Under the pieces are notes generated by a model that worked only from the letters and a program-made list of their open reading frames with translations, had not been told where the DNA came from and made no database searches. A DNA stretch of 12,315 nucleotides from Anthoceros angustus (Eukaryota; Plantae; Anthocerotophyta), in assembly GCA_010909165.1 (NCBI GenBank), contig VJWM01000419.1:1-12315 (forward strand). Reading direction: 5' to 3'. The translations under genes were made by a program, and so were the position numbers. This document shows, in pieces, positions 1-7,374 of the stretch; within the stretch, counting starts at the first letter, position 1; every line of letters begins with the position of its first letter.

Positions 1-14
1 GTGTTACCGCAGTG

Positions 15-445
15 TGTTGAAGCATCTATGGTACTGGAGCTATTGAAGCATCTATGCTACATCTATGGTACTGGAGCTGTTGAAGCATCTATGCTACATC
101 TATGGTACTGAGCTGTTGAAGCATCTATGCTACATCTATGGTACTCGGAGCTGTTGAAGCATCTATGCTACATCTATGGTACTGAGCTGTTGAAGCATCT
201 ATGCTACATCTATGGTGCTCAGAGCTGTTGAAGCATCTATGCTACATCTATGGTACTCGGAGCTGTTGAAGCATCTATGCTACTTGACGTGAGTTAAGGA
301 GAAGTTTCCTCGGTGTTGAAGCATCTATGCTACTTGACGTGAGTTAAGGAGAAGTTTCCTAGCGTGTTGAAGCATCTATGCTACTTGAAGTGAGTTAAGG
401 AGAAGTTGAAGCATCTATGCTACTTGAAGTGAGTTAAGGAGAAGT
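15..445. repeat. Tandem array of 11 units on a shared core TGTTGAAGCATCTATGCTAC, with two unit types (~36-38 bp and ~40-51 bp)
   Basis: Core starts at about 15, 41, 78, 114, 152, 188, 226, 264, 314, 365 and 405; the first unit is shortened to 26 bp. Units 2-7 continue with ATCTATGGTACT(C/G)(G)GAGC. Units 8-11 continue with TTGA(C/A)GTGAGTTAAGGAGAAG(TTTCCT). Confidence 0.95.
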
Positions 446-1089
446 CGTTTGGCTATGGCTTGCCCTTGAGTACTCTTGTATGGATCAATTCGTGGCAGTC
501 GCTCTTGGACTTTGCAACGGGATTGTTGTGAGTTCCTTGGGCAAGATGAAAGCTAAGAGTAGGTTGCAACTTAGGCTTGCGCTCCCGAGATCGAGGCAAT
601 AGATTGGTCAAATTTGCAAGTGCACGTGGGGAGACTGAGGTTGTGCTAACCCTATAGGCCAAGCAACAAACCGATGTAATCAAGAACATTTTGCAATTAG
701 AATTGAGTCTCTTGTGGATCAGGTTATTATGGGGACAATATGTTTTTCTGAGGCTCTCACTACTAAGGAGATGGTGGTTGCAACACCCAACTTGAGCCCC
801 AATGGCAATGCTTGCATCCTTCCTACTATAATATTACATGGAGGGCGTAGGAGGCTATTCATTTTCTTTGTCATTAATCTTTGCATTCTAGTCATTATGA
901 TAGTATGCAATGAACTAATATTTGCTCCAAGATTAGAGGCAGGTATTAAGCCCAAGAATAGACTTGCCTCTTCCTTAGATGTTGATGAAGATGATGTCGC
1001 ACGAGGTAAGCACTTGAATTCATATATGCACTTCCTCGACAAACAACCAAGCAAAACAAATCTAACACGCAGATGTATAGTTGCAAACC

Positions 1090-1880
1090 AATCCCCCTGA
1101 TAATGTGAGACTCCAAGTCAAAACATTATCATTAGTAGGACTACATATGTATGCACCTCTTGTAGTGCATTGTGCACAAAACCAATCTTCTTCGGAAATG
1201 TCGTCAAGAGGTGGTTGAACAAAAAACATGCGGTATCCCCTATTGCACCGATCACAAGAGAGGCATCACATCATCATCATCAGTACGTCCACAAACCTGA
1301 CACTCCAAGTCTTTGGGTGGAGCCACATTGTAGGCCGTAGTTAAGGGTCCAAATTGGGTAAGTGGCATGGTGCGTAGTTCTTGAGGTGATCCTTCCATCT
1401 TCGGCCATCGATACTTCAAGCTCAAGCACTCCATCTTTGCCTACTGCACAATTCGATGACTGGTGGATACCTCCAAGGTGTTGCACCGCTCCGGCGTGTA
1501 GACATAATCTCCAATCTCGAACTTGCACCTTGGGTTTCCATGTCCCTCCTCTTGTGTAAGCATAGCATAGTTGATCCTGTTGCGCTATGGGAGGTTCTCC
1601 ATTGCCAGGCATGATCCGTTGAAAGCTCACCGCCTTTCCGTGTCTCGTAGATCATCCGGATTGCACCAATCCATCGGTGCTTGTAGCCTTGCTTGCCTCA
1701 CGTTTGGCAAAATGGTTGTCGCCCATACAACAAGTAGTATGGCGAAAAATTGCTCAAGGCTTGATTGCTCACCCTGCACCCTAGCACTAAGTATGGCATC
1801 CCTTCATCCCATGTCTTGGTCATTTGTGAGACAATACCAAGGCCCGCTTGAAAGTCCGCACCAGCAAGTCCATCGGCTTG
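1090..1880 (-). mobile_element. Decayed Ty3/gypsy-type LTR retrotransposon fragment: integrase core C-terminus, C-terminal region and PHD finger, followed by a possible polypurine tract
   Basis: Reading across frameshifts gives QADGLA..VRTFKRAL..YCLTND.KTWDEGMPYLVLG(C)RVSNQA-LSNFSPYYLLYGRQP, which matches the integrase WD..LP....YR.....T..SP..L..GR motif. It continues AMENLPIAQ.DQL.YAYTRGGTWKPKV.KFEIGDYVY...GVLELE...PCHLPNLDP, then CQVCGRTDDDDVM.L/CDRCNRGY(R)MF(F)VQPPLDDISEEDWFCAQC (PHD, 1302-1167). AGGGGGA-T-TG at 1098-1089 on the minus strand resembles a PPT/LTR start. Confidence 0.85.
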
Positions 1881-2689
1881 TTCTTCCTCCTGGGCCATGG
1901 GGCCCATTAACGACCCCGGGCCCACTAGCGCGTTGTCCAATGGCTGGACAACGATTGCTACACACGACGCCCGCCCGAGGCATCATGTTCTCGATGGCCA
2001 AGAACCTGCCTTCGAGGAGCGGCGATATCGCCCAATGCGTCTCGATCGAAATGACCTTTTCTTGACGAGGCGAGGTCTCGGTTGCGGATGTGGTTATCAC
2101 GACCCAACTAGAGTTTGTAGTGACCATGTCATCATCAACCCTCGGGTTGGGTGGCGGAATGGAGCGCAACTAAGAACATTTACAAGTAACATGATAATTT
2201 TTGAAGGGGAATATAGTAACCTTCGAGACAAGACCCTTGTCACGAAGAACACCTTTCCTAGAACAAAGATATCTACCCTACTTTGATAATGCGCACACCT
2301 TCCGAGGTCATACCTTTGATAAAGATGCACTTTCAAGTCTACACCCGAACTGAGCATGAGGGGGTGTGGGCCCATTGCGTTTTAGTAGAATGCGAGAGGG
2401 CTGCCATTTTCATATGTTTATTACAACCGAAAACTTTTACTTTCAAGTGGTGGAACACAATGAAAACAATCTACTAGCGGAGTTTCATTTCTGGTCGTGA
2501 GAACATTGCAACAAACAATCGGTAAAGGAGGAAGTGGTCATCGCCGACAATAGCCATTGAAGAGTGCGGCTGGCGACTCATCCATGCCTTGCGCCAAACT
2601 AATCACCAGTACCATATTCGGAGGTGGTCCATATTGTCCGCCCGGTTGTCGTTCTCCTCCATTGCTTGCTCGTCTTCAATAGTATCATT

Positions 2690-3065
2690 CTTGCCTTGCC
2701 TTGCCATGCCCAGGCGGCCGGCCGGGCCCGGGCCCCATAGGCAAGGCATGGCGGTGCCGGGCCTCATGGATAGGTGTTAGGGGAGGCGCCGGCCGGGCCC
2801 GGGCAAGGCATGGCGTGTTGGAGGGAGGGCGGCGGCCTCCAAGGGGAGGCGGCGTTGGGGGGCGCGGCCGGCCGCCCACCCTCCGCGCACCACCGTGGGC
2901 CCACCGACAAGTGAGGCGCGGAGGGAGGGCCGGGCCGGCCGGCACCCTCCTGGGTCACCGTGGGGTGGGCAAGGTGGTCTTGGCGCCGGGCGCCGGCGCC
3001 TCAAACACCACCCGTAGGCCCACCGGGCGGTGGAGGAGGCGCCGCCCGGCGCCCTCCGCGTGCGC
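2690..3065. other. Extremely GC-rich island with nested inverted and direct repeats, probably TE-derived non-coding sequence
   Basis: Stems: 2879-2888/2916-2925, 2865-2873/2933-2941, 2982-3002/3036-3053 and 2703-2710/2745-2752. Direct repeat GGCAAGGCATGGCG at 2740 and 2802. The overlapping ORFs are low-complexity G/R/P/A. Confidence 0.6.
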
Positions 3066-4083
3066 CCATTGTGGTCCTCCTTTCCACGCACTCACGTGGC
3101 ACTTCCATCGAAAATGAGGCTAACCTTAGAAGCAAATGCCCGAAATCGAGCCAGATCCGGTCGGTCGAGTGTAGAGGGTACTCCTCCTAATCATCAGATG
3201 GACAAAAAGCGATAAGGGATAAGCTCACGAGTTGCATGGCTTCATACAACTGCGAGTCAAAGTGCCGCTAAAGATAGTGATGACAATGCGGAGAAGCGGA
3301 CCAAGTGATGACGAAGGATTGAACGGGGATGAGTGAACCGAATTTTTCCTGTGGTCCTGAGTTAATGTTGTAAGTCCGTTCTTGATGTTACCGTGTTAGG
3401 GAAATACCCCCGTGGCGTGGCTTTTGTGCATAACAAAACCACATTTTCCTCCCAAAGCGAGTTCTGATCGTTCCTTCCCAGAACGGGCCTTCCCTCACCA
3501 TTCCTACTTTGCATTATTTCCCTAGGTTCGAGTTTGCGACTACCATTCGACACAAACATTGCCTTTGGATGGAAAGTAGTAACTTCACCGGTGACACCTT
3601 TTTTTCGGTTTTTCGAATGCCTTCAAACGCTATTTTTTAGAGCCCATCAAAACCCTCTTCAAAATTATTTATGGAAAACCCCTTGAGATTATTCACCCCT
3701 TCAAAATTATTATCATGTTACAGGCTCAAAGAAGGTCACATTTTCATCCCCTTGCTATTGAAACCCATGGTTCCTTGGGTAAGGTTTTTCTCGTTTTATC
3801 AAGGAGTGCGCAGGGCCTACCACATAAATTTTAGCCTCCCTCTTTCGATGTGGCATATTTCACGCCATGGGTTTCCATCGCCGTTAGGCGTTGGCTAGCG
3901 CCATCTTTAGGGCGATCACGAGTGTTGGAGACGTGCATCTGCAACACCGAGTAAGTCGGCCCTTCCCTATCTCAAACGGTGACATCTTGGGGCGGTTGGG
4001 GTTATAGGGTAGATTAGTGGCACTGCTTGGGCCCCGTCATGGGTTGTCCCTCGCCTCGGGGTAGGTGGGATTTCCCAATCTCG

Positions 4084-4218
4084 TTTTTATAAAGTCTCCA
4101 CATTCGCGACTTAAGGAGCAACGACGTCCTTTTATAAAGTCTCCACGTCACCGACTTAAAGGAGCAACGACGTTCTTTTTATAAAGTCTTCACATTCGCC
4201 TGACTTGAGGAGCAACGA
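4084..4218. repeat. Three tandem copies of a ~46-bp unit
   Basis: TTTTATAAAGTCTCCAC...GACTT(A)AGGAGCAACGACGT starts at about 4084, 4130 and 4176. Confidence 0.9.
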
Positions 4219-4689
4219 AGAGCACAGGCTACACAACGGAGTATGCCGCGAATCGTAATGAAAGCATTGCTATGGCAGCAAGGATGAAATCCAATTTGGT
4301 TTTTTTTGTGGAGCTCGCGAGAGCTCAGTCAAAAAATTGAAGTGTGCCGCTATTCGTGTCCCACGCACGGTATTTAGTAAAAGGCGAAAGAATAATTCGA
4401 TTTGACTTGACCATGCGACTCCAGCAGGAATCGCGGAACAGCAGTGTAAGTAGTGAGAAAGAGGCGACTAAGACACAACCGGCAATATGGGATAAATATA
4501 ATGTGTGCACGGAACGGACTTCCGCCCGGTCTCATGAGCAGAGGACAAATCGACCGTGAGTGGTGGAAGGACTGTGCTTTGAAGCGCTACATGCTTCGAT
4601 ATTTTCAATCGATGGGCGGGTTGTCTATTTTGAAGCCGAATTATAATTTGTGTTCCTCGACATAGATTTTGCATCGTGCTCAGTTGCCT

Positions 4690-5590
4690 TGAGCGTCTGA
4701 CAGGATATGTAAGAGGAAGGTATCGTTGCACCTGATGCTGTCACAATTGTGTGCCTCCTGCAGGCATGTGGAAGTCTGGGCCCACCTACTTTCGATGACG
4801 GGAAGCAGCTTCATGCTCAAATTAGGGGACAAGAGCTTGAAAAGGATGTATTTGTAGGCATCAGTTTGGTACATATGTGTGCAAAGTTTGGCGATGTAAA
4901 GGATGCTCGGAGAGTGTTTGATGGCACAGTTCACAAGAACGTGGTGACATGGAATGCTATGGCTGCATATGATGTTGTGATGCTTGTGTGCATCTTGCGA
5001 GGCATGCAAGTATTGGCACAAGCTTTGGAGAATTAGGAAAGCGCTTCATGTGCATATTAGAGACCGAGGGCTTGAAGTTGATGTTCGTATGTGACTTGGT
5101 AAACATGTTTGCAAGTGCGGCTTGGAGGATGCCAGGGCATGTTTGATGGACTCGGACAAAAGAATCGTCACTTGGAATGCTATGATTGCGGATATTCCAG
5201 TAGGTATGGGCGGAAGCCCATCTCCTTCTAGCGCCATGCAAGAAGAAGGCATCGTTGCACCTAGTTTAACATTGTGTGCCTCACAGAGGCATGTGCAAGT
5301 TTGGGCACCCCTTTGGAGACAGAACACACCTTCATGCACAAATTAGAGAACAAGGACGCAGGTGATGTATTTGTCGCCAGTTTGGTGAACATGTATGCAA
5401 AGTGTGGCGACCTAGAGCATGCTAGGGACATGTTTGAGATGACTTGTGTGGAAAAAATGTGGTGACATGGAGTGCCATGATAGGAGGATATTCCCACGGG
5501 GCATGGGCAGAAGCCCTTCATCTCTGAGTCCATGCAAGCATGTCTGTCAACAAAGTCGGCGGCCATCAAACCCTAATGCTACAATTTTTT
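4690..5590 (+). pseudogene. Degenerate PLS-class pentatricopeptide repeat (PPR) gene
   Basis: Typical P/L/S motifs in shifting frames: QDM*EEGIVAPDAVTIVCLLQACGSLG...GKQLHAQI...DVFVGISLVHMCAKFGDVKDARRVFD....NVVTWNAM; LEDAR...IVTWNAMIA; MQEEGIVAP; EACASLG; DVFVASLVNMYAKCGDLEHARDMFE...NVVTWSAMIGGY.HGHG. It has an in-frame stop (~4710), many frameshifts and an internal deletion near 4970. No E/DYW domain is visible, and the degenerate 5' part may extend to ~4400. Confidence 0.88.
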
Positions 5591-5722
5591 TTGAGACATG
5601 CATTACAGACACGGAAGGAGGATTTGGAGAATCGTTGTTATACTTGCAACACTCAGCGTAGGCATATCGAAACAAAGTTTTCAATGGGAAGTATGTTCTT
5701 GAGAGATTTTTCTAGAGAGATT

Positions 5723-5860
5723 TTTAGAGTGAGCATTGACACCAACTTTTAGCTCCAAAAAATGTTTTCCATCTCAAAATGCTCTCATTTTAGAATTGAG
5801 CATTCGATACACCAACTTTTAACTCCAGAAAGTGATTTCCATCGCCCAAAACGCCCTCAT
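5723..5860. repeat. Diverged tandem duplication, two ~66-72 bp copies
   Basis: TTTAGA(G/AT)TGAGCATT..ACACCAACTTTTA.CTCCA.AAA.TG.TTTCCATC...CAAAA.GC.CTCAT occurs at 5723 and 5789. Confidence 0.85.
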
Positions 5861-5869
5861 TCAAATTTC

Positions 5870-6470
5870 CAGGGATTTCATTGAGAAGAATACTCGCAAT
5901 CCAAATCTCTAAACCTTGAATTCCAGCATCCGAGATGTAGAAGAAGAAGAAGAATTGTATTTAAGTCCACTAAGGACGGATTTTCGTCATGGGACTGAAA
6001 TATAGCAACTACATAGATTGCGATAAAATGGTTTGGACGAATGCAAAGGTAAAATTCAAACAAGATAAATAATCTTTAATTAATCAACGTGTCATGAAAA
6101 TACGTGAATGAGGGCTAAACACCACCAATTCATCCTTACGAAGAAAGTCACTTGACCTAGCATTCAAAGCGGGTAACTTCTCCTTCTTAGTCTTCCATTG
6201 CAATGGTGTAAGATCCTAATTGATGTATAAGAGTTGTCCGTAACATAGACCTAGCCATCATAACGAGGCAATAATCCATAGAGTGAAAAGTCCTAATCAA
6301 TATGAGCTCTCTATCGTGATCCTTTCCAAGCTAGAAGGCTCGAGGAATGACCACATCGACCTCTAGCCAATTGAGAAACTCTTTTGCACAAGTGGTGCAA
6401 CAATATCATTACCAAGACCAAAATTTCTCAAGTTCAAAATACGTTGAGCATGGTCCCCGTCGTCTCAAAA
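5870..6470 (-). mobile_element. Decayed LINE (non-LTR retrotransposon) remnant: ORF1 RRM/CTD-like region plus the start of the ORF2 AP-endonuclease
   Basis: Minus-strand translation across frameshifts gives DHAQRILNLRNFGLGND / AKEFLNWLEVDVVIPRAF*LGKDHDRELILIRTFHSMDY..VMMARSMLRTT / *DLTPLQWKTKKEKLPALNAR..FLRKDELVVF. This fits the LINE ORF1 pattern R..NL...GL / I.RA.RLG / DLT / D.L. About 160 nt downstream is LHLGCWN(I)QGL (WN at 5925-5920), the APE N-terminal WN.xGL motif. Recognised by eye, not by search. Confidence 0.65.
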
Positions 6471-6546
6471 ACAATTTCCGATATTATGTTACCAAGGATA
6501 AGAAGAAGCAAGGATCATTAAACACTAGGAGGTTTTACCGTAAGCT

Positions 6547-6634
6547 TCTCAAAATATGTAGATTAAATTTATTCCATTGAAGTGAAATAATCTCGAAATA
6601 TGTAGATTAAATTTATTCCATTGAAGTAAAATAA
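6547..6634. repeat. Near-perfect 44-bp tandem duplication
   Basis: TCTC(A/G)AAATATGTAGATTAAATTTATTCCATTGAAGT(G/A)AAATAA at 6547-6590 and 6591-6634, with 2 mismatches. Confidence 0.95.
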
Positions 6635-7165
6635 TTTTTCAAATTCATGGCTTTCTTCTGTATAGTTCGTGAAGAAACTTCATTTTCTAACTTCATTTTG
6701 TAACTTCATGTGGGTTAGCGTTATTAAATAAAGTAAGGAAAGTAAGGCATCAACCTTGGAGATGCTTTGTACTCATCTCAGCGGTCGGGGATGCGGGCCA
6801 GCTGTTCCCGCTGTTGCAGAGAGGAAGTTGCTGTTGTCCGGCAACTGTGGTGTCAATGCCAGTCAAGCCGCGCGTGTCAGTTGTTCAGTTGAGCGAGCAA
6901 ATAGAAACAATCGGTGAAAGTGGAACTTCGTGTTGGTGGTACGGTTTCAGAGCAGGTAGAAGCAACGTGACGCACTGATGATGAAAATTGCTTGGATTTT
7001 GCTGCTGCTTGTCGCATCTTGCACATGCGCCTGGCACCGTCCTGCTGTCGATCAAACGTCCACACCAACTCCTTGACTGTTGAAGGAAGTCTCAGATGCC
7101 GTCTGCTTTGAATCAACAAACGACATTGTTCTAATTCCCTTCAACTCCCCAAGCACGTCCGGAAG

Positions 7166-7231
7166 TCTCCCTTTCCCAGCTACCGACATTGTGAGCCCGG
7201 ACATCTCCTTTTCCCAGCTACCAACATTGTG
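7166..7231. repeat. 28-bp direct repeat (38-bp period) upstream of the LysM gene
   Basis: TCTCC(C/T)TTTCCCAGCTACC(G/A)ACATTGTG at 7166-7193 and 7204-7231. Confidence 0.9.
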
Positions 7232-7374
7232 TGCAATGCAGCGGAATAGACATGCTTAGAGAAGCCGTTTGCAAGCCAGGAGCTCTGGCTTTGTTTTGTC
7301 GTGCACAAGACGCAGATGTCTTAAAAACCTGCTGAATAGGTGAGGGAAGAGACAGAAATCGGGCATTACAGAGA

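Noticed and set aside
15-445. CRISPR-like array (constant repeat with a dyad plus intervening segments)
   Set aside because: The intervening segments are near-identical copies of two types rather than unique spacers. There are no cas genes, and the context is eukaryotic with spliceosomal introns.
453-1100. ORFs 453-689(-), 719-1054(-) and 714-1100(+) as an extra retroelement ORF
   Set aside because: No recognisable motifs, overlapping on both strands, and probably LTR or 3' non-coding sequence.
2685-3190. Several overlapping G/R/P-rich ORFs
   Set aside because: Expected from the lack of stop codons at very high GC; no domain signature.
3120-3200. Hammerhead ribozyme (CTGATGA on the minus strand at 3197-3191), and an HDV-like GGCCGGC start at ~2937
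   Set aside because: No stem II followed by GAAA for a hammerhead, and no nested pseudoknot pairing could be built for an HDV fold.
3277-3360. Box C/D snoRNA candidate (GTGATGA at 3277 and 3305, CTGA at 3357)
   Set aside because: No terminal stem flanks the boxes and I recognise no rRNA/snRNA antisense element. A snoscan or Infernal search would be needed.
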